Below, in pieces: positions 1-9,445 of a stretch of 64,000 nucleotides of DNA; within the stretch, counting starts at the first letter, position 1; each line of letters opens with the position of its first letter. The position numbers were made by a program, and so were the translations under genes. The stretch spans positions 124,001-188,000 of the IMG/VR virus record IMGVR_UViG_3300046542_000248; one strand, 5' to 3'. The notes under the pieces are model-generated. The model was not told the DNA's origin. It did not search any database and was given only the letters and a program-made list of their open reading frames with translations.

Positions 1-841
1 GGAAATTAAAATGCTCTTTATTGATGAAGGTTATTTCTTTCCTGATGAACTCGGCGAATTAGCTGAATCATTCGGATTGCCTATTTGTGTCTCTGGAGAT
101 CCAGGACAACTTGGGCCACCTTATGGAAGACCAAGATACCTATTAAAACCTGACTTCTTCATCAAAGAGCTTACTCGATTTGGTAAAGACTCTGGTATAG
201 TAGAACTTGCCACTCTAATCCGTAATGGCGAAGAATTACCTACTAAGAAAACTATATTCAAAAATGATGCGTTTATTATCCCTAAAGCAGAAATCAGTGA
301 TATCATTCTTATGAACTCTGATATAATTCTCTGTGGGAAGAATAGAACTCGCAATTACTTTAATAAACGTATACGTAATGATATACTAGGTATTAAATCA
401 AGACTGCCTGTTAAGGGTGACAAAATAATCTGTAGATTTAACTACTGGAATCGGATGCTTGAAAATACACCACTTACTAATGGTACAATTGGTACTGTGG
501 TGCATGATGTAACTAAAGGATCTATAGATTTAAAATCTAGAACTATTCGATTGGATTTCATGCCTGATTATACTAATAATAATTACTATGTAAATCTTCC
601 TGTAGATATAGATTATTTCCAAGAAGAATGTGGTATGCATGAAGAAGAGGATTTCTCGTTCAATAGAAGATTCGGAATTAAAATGGAATCAGGTCATGCT
701 ATTACTACTCATATTTCTCAAGGTTCTGACTTCGACAACGTCCTATATTGGGACGAACAATTCGGAAGTGCTGACATGGTACGGAGAATGAGGTATGTAG
801 GCGTGACTCGTGCAAAGCAAATAGCAGTACTTGCAATTTAA
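1..841 (+). CDS. SF1B (Dda/RecD-like) DNA helicase, 5'-truncated by the window edge
   Basis: Walker B FIDEG, motif III GDPGQLGP, ELTRF, C-terminal AITTHISQGSDF and YVGVTRAK. The frame is open upstream of ATG 11 and Walker A is missing. Confidence 0.85.
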   Translation, partial: EIKMLFIDEGYFFPDELGELAESFGLPICVSGDPGQLGPPYGRPRYLLKPDFFIKELTRFGKDSGIVELATLIRNGEELPTKKTIFKNDAFIIPKAEISDIILMNSDIILCGKNRTRNYFNKRIRNDILGIKSRLPVKGDKIICRFNYWNRMLENTPLTNGTIGTVVHDVTKGSIDLKSRTIRLDFMPDYTNNNYYVNLPVDIDYFQEECGMHEEEDFSFNRRFGIKMESGHAITTHISQGSDFDNVLYWDEQFGSADMVRRMRYVGVTRAKQIAVLAI

Positions 842-847
842 ATGGGT

Positions 848-886
848 CGTACCAGATAAAAATTCTGGTACGGCTTCAATATTTTT
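848..886 (+). terminator. Intrinsic terminator
   Basis: CGTACCAGA/TCTGGTACG stem followed by a T-rich tract. Confidence 0.6.
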
Positions 887-890
887 GTGG

Positions 891-902
891 ATATATATTA
901 TT
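891..902 (+). promoter_or_regulatory. Early-type phage promoter motif ATATATATTATT
   Basis: Intergenic motif recurring about 16 times in the window, upstream of the RBS and start at 940. Confidence 0.75.
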
Positions 903-939
903 ATAATGAGCGTTACAATAAAATAATAAGAAAGGGAGG

Positions 940-1710
940 TTGAATAATATAATCTCTATAAATAAATCTACTAGATATGGTAGCTTAGACTACTTTACAT
1001 TGAACTGCGTTGATGAGACTTTACAAATTTTAAAAGATGAGCTGATGGATCGGCTCGCGGTAACTATTTTACCAGTTAAAAAAGCTAGGTTTTTACAACA
1101 TTCTGGTGGAGCTTCCCATGATATAAATATCTTTGATAAAAATTATGATGGAACACGACCACCAAAGCTTAAAGAAGTTATTGCGGAGATAACTCTCTGT
1201 AATGATATTGAATCACTGATAGGAAAGAAGACTTGTACTAACAATTTTGAAAAACGATTCTTTGAGTTCATAGAATCACTAGGGGTTGAGATTAATGTAT
1301 ACTCAATATTCACAATATCCCTTCTTCATGAACTTGGACACTCCAACCTGATAAAACTATTCCTAGACCTCGGTATGGAAAAGGAATATGATAACCTATA
1401 TCATTTGGCTAAAGCCACTGTAATGGCAACTGGCTCTTATAAGCAAAATGAATTATGGGAAAAGACACATAAAATATCTCTAGGACAAACGGCAGACGTT
1501 CAAGAGAATTTTGCAGATGCATATGCTTTAAAGAACTTTCCAAGAGTTTGGAATGTTGTGAAGCATTATATACGCCCAGAATTAAAGAATAAAAGTACCA
1601 CGGCCATAGTTCGATACAACCAGAGATTTAATCTGGAAGATCGAAAGTATGTAAAGGTTGTGGGAGAAGATCGTGGTATGAGCAATCTATTCAAGGAGAT
1701 ATTCGGATGA
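940..1710 (+). CDS. HExxH zinc-metallopeptidase-like protein (ImmA/IrrE-like), paralog 1
   Basis: LLHELGH plus downstream ENFADAYA; GGGAGG RBS; TTG start. Confidence 0.6.
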   Translation: MNNIISINKSTRYGSLDYFTLNCVDETLQILKDELMDRLAVTILPVKKARFLQHSGGASHDINIFDKNYDGTRPPKLKEVIAEITLCNDIESLIGKKTCTNNFEKRFFEFIESLGVEINVYSIFTISLLHELGHSNLIKLFLDLGMEKEYDNLYHLAKATVMATGSYKQNELWEKTHKISLGQTADVQENFADAYALKNFPRVWNVVKHYIRPELKNKSTTAIVRYNQRFNLEDRKYVKVVGEDRGMSNLFKEIFG

Positions 1711-2339
1711 TAAGTATAACAACCGAAAATATCAAATCAAGATACCAATTCTTTAGAACTGTTTGTATTGAGGAAACCCTTAAGTATTTAAAGGATAAAC
1801 TTCCTCATGAAACTAATGTTAATATTATCGCAGTATCTGATTACAATCACTTTATGGTAGAATCCACAGGTGGTGCTTTGTGTGATGCAAGATATAACAA
1901 AGATGTGTTAATATGTGACATCTTCATCTCTGATAATATTTATGGCTTTAATCAAATTTTCTACCCTGGAGAAACAGATAGAAGGGAAACCTTCTTAACA
2001 TCTCTTGATGTACCTATTGATAAGTGCTCATTATTCTTAATAGTACTACTGCATGAACTTGGGCATGCAAACTTAATAAAATTATTTCACGACGCTGGAA
2101 TTATTGATGATTATAGTATATTCGATTCGCTATCTGAATCTGTATCAAAGTTATTTGAAAGACGAAGAGCAACTCTTCAAAAGTGGGAAGATCGTTACAA
2201 TAGTAATAATCTCTCCCAGATTGTAAACGGCATCGAATCTCAATGTGATATCTTTGCCAGAGATAATTTTCTTCCACTATGGAAGATTATTAGTAAGATT
2301 TTAAAGAACTATACTATTGACCCAAATAAACTCGACTAA
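1707..2339 (+). CDS. HExxH zinc-metallopeptidase-like protein, paralog 2
   Basis: LLHELGHANLIKLF, ESQCDIFA; aligns with 940..1710; ATGA overlap. Confidence 0.6.
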   Translation: MISITTENIKSRYQFFRTVCIEETLKYLKDKLPHETNVNIIAVSDYNHFMVESTGGALCDARYNKDVLICDIFISDNIYGFNQIFYPGETDRRETFLTSLDVPIDKCSLFLIVLLHELGHANLIKLFHDAGIIDDYSIFDSLSESVSKLFERRRATLQKWEDRYNSNNLSQIVNGIESQCDIFARDNFLPLWKIISKILKNYTIDPNKLD

Positions 2340-2357
2340 GAGAAAAGAGGATTATAT

Positions 2358-2852
2358 ATGATCAGAATTAATGCACAATTACGTAAACCGATTGAAACTT
2401 CGTTCCATAAAGATTGTCAGAACGAGGTTAGAAAACAATTTTATTATTACATGCCTAAAGATACTGCAAAGGGTTATGTTAACGATGTTCACAGCATCTC
2501 TGTAAGACTTATTGATATTAACGAAGAACTTCGAGGACTATTCTGTAAATTCCTTACACATATCCAAGAAGAAATTACTGATCAATCTTTATATGTATTA
2601 TCCATGCTTCAAAAGGTTGGAGAAGATAAAATCCGAGAATCTCTTGGGTATAATAATTCTCTATGCTCCAGCATGAAGAAAATGACTCTAGCTGATTTGG
2701 GTGGAAACAATACTGTCTATAGCAGCGGCGTTGCTGAAACAATGTTCAAAGAAAGTCTCGGACTATCTATTTATGTAGCTCAAGCTCTCATATTTGCATT
2801 CAATGCTTTCAAATCTATTTGGGGAAGTGTTAAACATACTCCAGCGACCTAA
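2358..2852 (+). CDS. Degenerate paralog of the two upstream metallopeptidase-like proteins
   Basis: SLYVLSMLQKVGE aligns to SLFLIVLLHELGH; ALIFAFNAFKSIW aligns to CDIFARDNFLPLW. Confidence 0.5.
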   Translation: MIRINAQLRKPIETSFHKDCQNEVRKQFYYYMPKDTAKGYVNDVHSISVRLIDINEELRGLFCKFLTHIQEEITDQSLYVLSMLQKVGEDKIRESLGYNNSLCSSMKKMTLADLGGNNTVYSSGVAETMFKESLGLSIYVAQALIFAFNAFKSIWGSVKHTPAT

Positions 2853-3087
2853 TCACATTTCTGTTGGAATTTACGCAAGTGGAAACTTCGTAATTAATAT
2901 TGTACACCCTGATGATCTGGCTTATCATATTGAATACAATAAATCAAGGCGCCCTGGTCGTGCCTTGATCGTTGATGGAGAAAGTCTTAATAATGGATAT
3001 CTAAAGGATGATGCGATAGAAGAATGGAAAACTAAAATCGCAGCCATGGATATAAATTCTGCTAGACCTACAATCCCATATCAGTAG
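2794..3087 (+). CDS. Hypothetical protein (true start probably downstream of 2794)
   Basis: ORF with phage-like composition filling the gap before an intergenic region. Confidence 0.6.
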   Translation: MHSMLSNLFGEVLNILQRPNHISVGIYASGNFVINIVHPDDLAYHIEYNKSRRPGRALIVDGESLNNGYLKDDAIEEWKTKIAAMDINSARPTIPYQ

Positions 3088-3187
3088 CTTATACAAAATT
3101 AAATACGTTGTATAACTCTAGTATGGAGAGAAAAGTTCATTCACCTTAAGGAAAAGGTAATCCCAGTGGGACCCGAGTACGAAAAGG

Positions 3188-3200
3188 AATATATATTATT
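3188..3200 (+). promoter_or_regulatory. Early-type promoter motif
   Basis: AATATATATTATT. Confidence 0.75.
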
Positions 3201-3260
3201 ATAGTGTGAATGACAATGTATTAATCAATCTAATTCAAATTCTGAAGGGAGTTTTCGAAG

Positions 3261-3734
3261 ATGTCGAATCTGAAAAAACAATTGAAAAAGCTGCAACAGC
3301 AACAAAAGAAATTAAACGAGGTTATCCGGTTGGAGCAAGCTACTTGCCCACATATCGGTAAAAACGGAAAAACTAAACTTGTACCGTTTGTAGAAGATGA
3401 AGTAAGAAAAGGCCGTTGCAAAAAGTGCGGAGAAGTTGTTATTCTTGATTCCGAGTACCTGACACAAGATATTCTGTCCTCTTCTGCGGATGTTATTAAA
3501 ACCGCGCTTGCTGAAGTTCGTGCTGCTGTTCACGTTGGTAAAATCAAACTGGACGATGAAACAATGCGCATGATCTCCACATTTGACGCGGAAGTTCTGC
3601 GTGAGCTTCCGTCCACTATCGCTGATATTACGAGAGCGGGAAGCAAGAAAGACAAGAAAAAGAAAGACAAAGGTAAAGGCAAGAAAGGTAAGAAGAGCAA
3701 GAAGAAAAACAACAAACGCGAGCGCTGGAACTAG
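3261..3734 (+). CDS. Putative Zn-ribbon protein with Lys-rich C-terminal tail
   Basis: CPH...CKKC ligands; KKDKKKKDKGKGKKGKKSKKK tail; own promoter and terminator. Confidence 0.65.
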   Translation: MSNLKKQLKKLQQQQKKLNEVIRLEQATCPHIGKNGKTKLVPFVEDEVRKGRCKKCGEVVILDSEYLTQDILSSSADVIKTALAEVRAAVHVGKIKLDDETMRMISTFDAEVLRELPSTIADITRAGSKKDKKKKDKGKGKKGKKSKKKNNKRERWN

Positions 3735-3762
3735 TCAGCCGCTGCAACCGATAAGGCGGATG

Positions 3763-3797
3763 GGGAGAAATCTCCATCTGCCTTTTATATTTTTTTG
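3763..3797 (+). terminator. Intrinsic terminator (GAAA loop)
   Basis: AAGGCGGATGGGGA-GAAA-TCTCCATCTGCCTT followed by a T tract. Confidence 0.85.
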
Positions 3798-3858
3798 CAA
3801 GATTTATTTTATGAGAAAGCTATCAACCATTTTATAATGACAAATATATATTCTTTAT

Positions 3859-6288
3859 TTGACTAAGTATGAGAGGACTGGTAGAAACGTGACAATACGT
3901 ATTCTATGGTATATGAGAAAAGACAAGAATGTCTTCGATTATACTGATGACAAGATTACTGTAAACTACGACGATAGATCCCGAGTTCGTCAATCACCTC
4001 AAGTGTATTTACCAAGTACTGATCTTGATGGTGCAATTCATTTATTCGAAGAAGCATTTGCAAATGACATTGATGAAGTACTAGCGCCGGATTCTTGTGG
4101 GTCTGAAATCATTATTACTTTTGATGAGAAGACTAGTGTGTTTACAATGCAAGACGATGGTCGTGGATTACCTCATGGTAAATTCTTCGATCTGTTAGAA
4201 GTTCTAAGTTCCTCAGGTAAAATGGGAACTACAAACCGTGCCTACAACCATTCAACTGGTGCATTCGGTATGGGTTTCAAATTGATTAACTTCTTCTCGG
4301 TATATATGAAAGTAAGATCCGAGAGAGATGGTAAGTTCATTGATGCATTATATGAAGATGGACTCCGTAAAGAAGTTAAAGAAGGTAAGACAAAATCAAG
4401 TGGTACTTATGTAGAGTGGAAAGTCGATAAACGATTCTTCACCAGCGTAGCTATCACTATTGATCATATCTTAGATAAGATCAAGAAGAAAAGTTTAGTT
4501 GCTGGTGGTTGTACTATCATCTTTAGTGGTAAATCCAAAAAAGGTGAAGAAGTCACTAAAACGTTTAAGAATGGCAAACTTAAAGATCATCTTGCCTCGT
4601 TCAAGGTAGTTCAACCTATCGCTGAATATAAGAGACAGGATGGTAACTCTAAGATTGAATTTGTATTTGGTTATGATCTTGAAACCGATGAGGGTCAAGA
4701 AGTAATTGGCTTTACTAACGGTTCTTACAATAAGATTGGTGGCTCTCATGTTAACGGCTTGATTGAAGGATTTTCTACCTTCATGAGAAAGTATATGATG
4801 GAGTCCTACCTATCTGATAAGGAAAAGAAAGACCTTACGGAAAAAGATAAGAAAGAAATGAGAATTCTTATTGATGACGTTAAAGCAGGTTTAGTAGGGA
4901 TTGTATCAATCTACGCCCTTAATCCTAGCTACAAAGGTCAATATAAAGAAGGACTTGATGATAACAATCTCAAGAACTTCACATTTAACTCTGTTAGAAA
5001 ATATCTGAGAGATCTTGATAAGAACACTATTAACAAGTTTGCTCAGATTATCAAAGCTAACATTAGAGCGCGTGTTGCTGCTGAAAACAGCAAGAAGCGT
5101 ATCAGAAAAGATATTACAAATGCATTTTCACCGGATAAAATCAATGAGTATTTACCAATCTCTAAATTTTCAACGAGTAAGTTTAGAGAGATGTGTATCG
5201 TAGAAGGACTTTCTGCTCGTGGTGGCTTTAAAGCTGTTCGTGATAAGAACCAAATGGCAGTACTTGCAATCAGAGGTAAAGTTGAGAATATCTTTGACCT
5301 TACGCCTGCTGAAGCTGCAAAGCCTGCTAATTCTAAGCTAGTGTCCAATCTCGTTCAGATTTATGAAATCGAAAATGAAAATATCAAGAATTTTGACATT
5401 GAAAAATTCCCATTCGATCGAGTTAATATCGTAACAGATGCTGACTCTGATGGTGGAGAAATCTCTTGTCAATTGGCAATGATCTATGCTAGATTCTTCC
5501 CAGCTATTGTAACATCGGGAAGATTGTTTAAGATTATACCACCTCTTTATGAAGTAAAGGTAAAAGGCGAATCGGTCTTTATCTCTACTGTGCGTGATTA
5601 TGCTAAGTATACTCAAACTAGCTTTATGAAAGCACATAAACTTTTCTTGAATAATAAGGAAATCAAATCCGAAGATCTATTGGACTTCTTGGTTGAGTTC
5701 CATACTTATCAAGATAACTTGCAATACCTATCCAATCAGTACTTGCTAACTCCAGAACTAACTGAGTTCCTGATTAGTAATCTACATGTAGGATTCGAAA
5801 ATCATAAAATTGAAATTTGGAATACCAATATCCTTCCGACTAAATATCGGTTCCTTAAAGCAAGACCAGGCGATAATGGTTATCTGGAAATTGAAGGTAT
5901 GGTTGGTTCCGAATATAATTTGTTCGAATTCACTGATGAATTCATTGAAGATACGGTAGAGCGTTATAAGATTAACCCTGAGGCGCATTTCTATGGATAT
6001 ACCATTGATGGTAAACAGATGAGTTTGTATGAAGTAATGCAAACTGTATCCAAGTATGCTCCTAAAATTGTTACACGTTTTAAAGGATTAGGTGAGATGA
6101 GATCTGCCGATCTTGAAAGAACTATCGTTGACAAATCAGCTCGTCACAGTATTCGATTGACTATGAAGGATATCGAAGATACTTATGAGCGTATGGCAGT
6201 AATGCATTCCAAGAAAAAAGATTATCCGAACAAACGCAAGATCTATATGCGTAACTTCAAGTTCGATATCATGGATGTCGATACTTAA
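3859..6288 (+). CDS. gyrB: Type IIA topoisomerase, GyrB/ParE-like subunit (start may be GTG 3889)
   Basis: GHKL motifs (EEAFANDIDE, DDGRGLP, GAFGMG); TOPRIM motifs EGLSA, IRGK, TDADSDG; RFKGLGEM. Confidence 0.93.
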   Translation: MTKYERTGRNVTIRILWYMRKDKNVFDYTDDKITVNYDDRSRVRQSPQVYLPSTDLDGAIHLFEEAFANDIDEVLAPDSCGSEIIITFDEKTSVFTMQDDGRGLPHGKFFDLLEVLSSSGKMGTTNRAYNHSTGAFGMGFKLINFFSVYMKVRSERDGKFIDALYEDGLRKEVKEGKTKSSGTYVEWKVDKRFFTSVAITIDHILDKIKKKSLVAGGCTIIFSGKSKKGEEVTKTFKNGKLKDHLASFKVVQPIAEYKRQDGNSKIEFVFGYDLETDEGQEVIGFTNGSYNKIGGSHVNGLIEGFSTFMRKYMMESYLSDKEKKDLTEKDKKEMRILIDDVKAGLVGIVSIYALNPSYKGQYKEGLDDNNLKNFTFNSVRKYLRDLDKNTINKFAQIIKANIRARVAAENSKKRIRKDITNAFSPDKINEYLPISKFSTSKFREMCIVEGLSARGGFKAVRDKNQMAVLAIRGKVENIFDLTPAEAAKPANSKLVSNLVQIYEIENENIKNFDIEKFPFDRVNIVTDADSDGGEISCQLAMIYARFFPAIVTSGRLFKIIPPLYEVKVKGESVFISTVRDYAKYTQTSFMKAHKLFLNNKEIKSEDLLDFLVEFHTYQDNLQYLSNQYLLTPELTEFLISNLHVGFENHKIEIWNTNILPTKYRFLKARPGDNGYLEIEGMVGSEYNLFEFTDEFIEDTVERYKINPEAHFYGYTIDGKQMSLYEVMQTVSKYAPKIVTRFKGLGEMRSADLERTIVDKSARHSIRLTMKDIEDTYERMAVMHSKKKDYPNKRKIYMRNFKFDIMDVDT

Positions 6289-6314
6289 AACCCAAATGAG
6301 AGGGCTGATGCCAT

Positions 6315-6590
6315 TTGAAGAATACAAAGCAGTTTAGAATCAAATATTATGATTACGAGGACTCTGAATTGTATACTATCATTCAAATGGCGTCAAGCAA
6401 ATCTCAAGCGATTATACTTGCTGATGCTAGGCTTAGAAAAACTACTAATAATTTTCTTATTTATGAAGAAATGATTACTGAGCTTGATGCACAGCATTAC
6501 ATTAATCAAATTCGCACTAATTTAACTACTTCTATTATGGAGAGGAATGACCCAAGTTGGCTAAGAAGAAGAAAAAGAGTGACGGGTTAA
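6315..6590 (+). CDS. Hypothetical protein
   Basis: GAGAGGG RBS and TTG start, between gyrB and gyrA. Confidence 0.55.
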   Translation: MKNTKQFRIKYYDYEDSELYTIIQMASSKSQAIILADARLRKTTNNFLIYEEMITELDAQHYINQIRTNLTTSIMERNDPSWLRRRKRVTG

Positions 6591-6946
6591 CTAATTTCGA
6601 AATTCAATACAGTAATGCGTCTGGGAGTCATACTGGCACTCAACGTGCAATTGATAAACATGACGCTATTCTGAAATTCAAGCAGCTTAATCCTGGCGTT
6701 AGAATAAAAGATGCCAAGGAAATTCCTAACCCGAATATTGGTCGTGGGATGTCTTCACCAACTTTAATCATTGATGATAGACCTATAGATGCGATCAGCG
6801 ACGGTAATAAACGACTTTATCCGTATGATCAACAAATTGATCCGCAATATAGATCCGATATACCACCAACAATACCCCCTGTAATGATTCTTACTGGGAA
6901 AAAGCCTTATAATGGGCAAATTGAAATTCAGAAGGATGAGATTTAA
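6557..6946 (+). CDS. Hypothetical protein
   Basis: GGAGAGG RBS and TTG start; stop overlaps the gyrA ATG (TAATG). Confidence 0.6.
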   Translation: MAKKKKKSDGLTNFEIQYSNASGSHTGTQRAIDKHDAILKFKQLNPGVRIKDAKEIPNPNIGRGMSSPTLIIDDRPIDAISDGNKRLYPYDQQIDPQYRSDIPPTIPPVMILTGKKPYNGQIEIQKDEI

Positions 6947-9372
6947 TGACTTACATAATCAGACCTAAGAAGGGTTTTTGGAATATCGAAAACATTGATG
7001 AGCAGAACATTGCCCAATTTGATGAAGACGGTATGGCCCTTCATGGTGTAAATAGAAACCTACAAAGAAATATTGCGTTATTCTTTGATAACCTCAAAGT
7101 AGTTCATAGACGTATTCTATATGCTATGGCTACTAAAGGATTGAAACCTACAAGTAATTATTCGAAATCTGCTGGTGTTATTGGTAGAACTATTGAACAG
7201 TTTCATCCTCATGGTGATGCTGCTGCTTATGAAGCTTTAATCTTTATGGGTCAACCATGGAGAAATATTATGACTCTGGTAGATGTCAGCGGAATCTATG
7301 GTAATGCTGAGAATCCAGATGAGTATGCTCAAATGCGTTATGTTGAGTGTAGATTGAACAAATTTGCATGGGACTGCTTCTTCTCCGAATGGGATTTGAA
7401 GTCAGACCTGGTTGATATGCGTCCAACCTTTAATGGTGAAGACTTAGAACCAATTTATCTTCCTGCAAAATATCCTTTATTCTTAATGAACTGGGGTAGT
7501 GGTATGGGCTTTGGATTATCCACATCCAGCCCAGGATTCTTACCTCAAGTTGCAATGCAAGCAGTCATCGACCTTGTTCTAGATCCTAATGCTAAACTTG
7601 TGATGTACCCAGAAGACCCAATGGGCTGTACCATTATAGGTAAGAAGGTATTCCATAAGTTCGTGGATCATGATATGAATAATGATGACGATGAAAGTCT
7701 GAAGTTCCGTGTTCGTTCCGACTATATCATTCAAGATGGTATGATCAGAATCTTAAACACTCCGTATGAAGTAAATCCTGCAACAGTCGCTGCTAAGATT
7801 AAAAAGCTGCGAGAAGAGAAAAAGATTGACGGTATTATAGAAATGGAGATTGACCTGATGGCAGGTAAAATTCCTCAGCATAAAGGCAAAGAGGATGCGA
7901 TGAATATCGTAATTGAATATGCCAAAGGTATTGATCCTCATATTCTAATGGATAAACTTTACAAGCTTACTCAATTGGAAACCACATTCTCACTTAACAC
8001 TGTGTATGTAGACATGAATAGAAATGTGAAGTACAATCTGCGTGAGAGTATTCTTAACTGGATTAAAACCAGAAAGAAAGTCTTAAAGCGGATGTATCGT
8101 AGTGATTTAACAATTAAAGCTAAACGTAATTACATTCTAGATGCTTTGATCGACCTATTCGAAAAGAAGCAACTGGATGACGTTATCGAGCTTTTCAAAA
8201 AGAAAAAACGTGCGGATATTCCTGAAATTCTTATCTCAAGATACGGTGTCAGTGATTTCCAAGCGAAGCAAATTTCAAGATTACAACTTGATCAAATCTC
8301 TCCTGAAGCTTATGCAGAGAATGTTCAAGAGCGTAAAGTTAATAAGGCTAAGATCCAAGAACTTCAAGATATTTTGAAGACTAAAGGATCTCTTAACAAG
8401 ATCATCATCGAACAGATGCAAGAGGGTATTTCTAAGTATTCTCGCCCGCGTCAATCGAAGATTATTGAAGCTAACTTTGGTGATAAAGAAGAAGCATTCT
8501 TTGACATCGAGGTTATTCATTCAGGTAGTATTCGTAAGACTAAAGTCGGTTCAACTATTGAGTTGAACAATGATGAGTCTCTACTCGTTGATAAGCATAT
8601 CAACGTTGGGGATGCTAATAAGCTATTCGTCTTCACAAACAACGGCTTGGTATTCAGCGATAACATTTCTAATATCAAGACCTCCAAAGATTCTAGCCTT
8701 GGAAGTATTATCTCTAAGCGCTATGATTCTACAAAGTATAACACAATCGGATCTCTTGTAGGTAAAGAGTCTAGCACTGCAAATATAATCTGTCTAACTA
8801 AACTTGGACTGATTAAAAACAGTAAGCTTTCTGACTACTTTATCTCATCGCAAGGAAGTTATGGGATCAAGCTTGCTAAGAATGATGAGCTTGTATCTGT
8901 ACTTGAATTCTCCGCTGCTGAAATTAAGAACTCCAAGATTCTCATCTATACCAAGAGTGGTAAATGTGGAATGTTCCCTGTAGATGATCTTACAGTAACT
9001 TCCCGATTCACTATGGGTAATATCGGCATTAAGCTGGAAGATGGAGATTATGTAATCGGAGCTGAGCTTGTTAAGTCTTCCGATGAACAAATGGTCACTG
9101 TCTCTGAGAGTGGTCATATTAAGAAATTCTCTATTGAGAATACGTTTAACAATATGAAGCGTGGCTCTTACGGAGTATCAGTAGTATCTTCAGGTGAAGA
9201 CCTGTATAAGATTGCTACAGTTGGTCCTAAGATCACTAAGCTTCTACTAGTATCTCTTCAAGGAACTGAAGAAGTGGTACTAGCTGATCTGCCGAATAAA
9301 ACAAGACTTTCGTCTGGCGAGAAGGTTCTTAAAGCCAAGCGGAAGAATGAGATTATTCTCAAGGAAAAATAA
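6946..9372 (+). CDS. gyrA: Type IIA topoisomerase, GyrA/ParC-like subunit with beta-pinwheel CTD
   Basis: DNLKVVHRRILYAM, KSA, FHPHGD, catalytic YAQMRY; C-terminal blade repeats (SQGSYGIKL, RFTMGNIGIKL, KRGSYGVSV). Confidence 0.93.
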   Translation: MTYIIRPKKGFWNIENIDEQNIAQFDEDGMALHGVNRNLQRNIALFFDNLKVVHRRILYAMATKGLKPTSNYSKSAGVIGRTIEQFHPHGDAAAYEALIFMGQPWRNIMTLVDVSGIYGNAENPDEYAQMRYVECRLNKFAWDCFFSEWDLKSDLVDMRPTFNGEDLEPIYLPAKYPLFLMNWGSGMGFGLSTSSPGFLPQVAMQAVIDLVLDPNAKLVMYPEDPMGCTIIGKKVFHKFVDHDMNNDDDESLKFRVRSDYIIQDGMIRILNTPYEVNPATVAAKIKKLREEKKIDGIIEMEIDLMAGKIPQHKGKEDAMNIVIEYAKGIDPHILMDKLYKLTQLETTFSLNTVYVDMNRNVKYNLRESILNWIKTRKKVLKRMYRSDLTIKAKRNYILDALIDLFEKKQLDDVIELFKKKKRADIPEILISRYGVSDFQAKQISRLQLDQISPEAYAENVQERKVNKAKIQELQDILKTKGSLNKIIIEQMQEGISKYSRPRQSKIIEANFGDKEEAFFDIEVIHSGSIRKTKVGSTIELNNDESLLVDKHINVGDANKLFVFTNNGLVFSDNISNIKTSKDSSLGSIISKRYDSTKYNTIGSLVGKESSTANIICLTKLGLIKNSKLSDYFISSQGSYGIKLAKNDELVSVLEFSAAEIKNSKILIYTKSGKCGMFPVDDLTVTSRFTMGNIGIKLEDGDYVIGAELVKSSDEQMVTVSESGHIKKFSIENTFNNMKRGSYGVSVVSSGEDLYKIATVGPKITKLLLVSLQGTEEVVLADLPNKTRLSSGEKVLKAKRKNEIILKEK

Positions 9373-9378
9373 CAAATG

Positions 9379-9417
9379 GAGAAGAGGAGAAATCCTCTTC
9401 TCTTCTTATTTTTTTTC
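9379..9417 (+). terminator. Intrinsic terminator (GAAA loop)
   Basis: GAGAAGAGGA-GAAA-TCCTCTTCTC followed by a T tract. Confidence 0.85.
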
Positions 9418-9423
9418 TGCTGA

Positions 9424-9435
9424 AACACACAGATA
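9424..9435 (+). promoter_or_regulatory. Late-type promoter AACA-N6-TA
   Basis: AACA CACAGA TA; matches the AR9 late consensus as recalled and recurs before structural genes. Confidence 0.65.
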
Positions 9436-9445
9436 ATAGACCACT

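Noticed and set aside
3088-3187. Short intergenic stretch with small hairpins, considered as a riboswitch or sRNA
   Set aside because: Too short, weak stems and no recognisable family motif.
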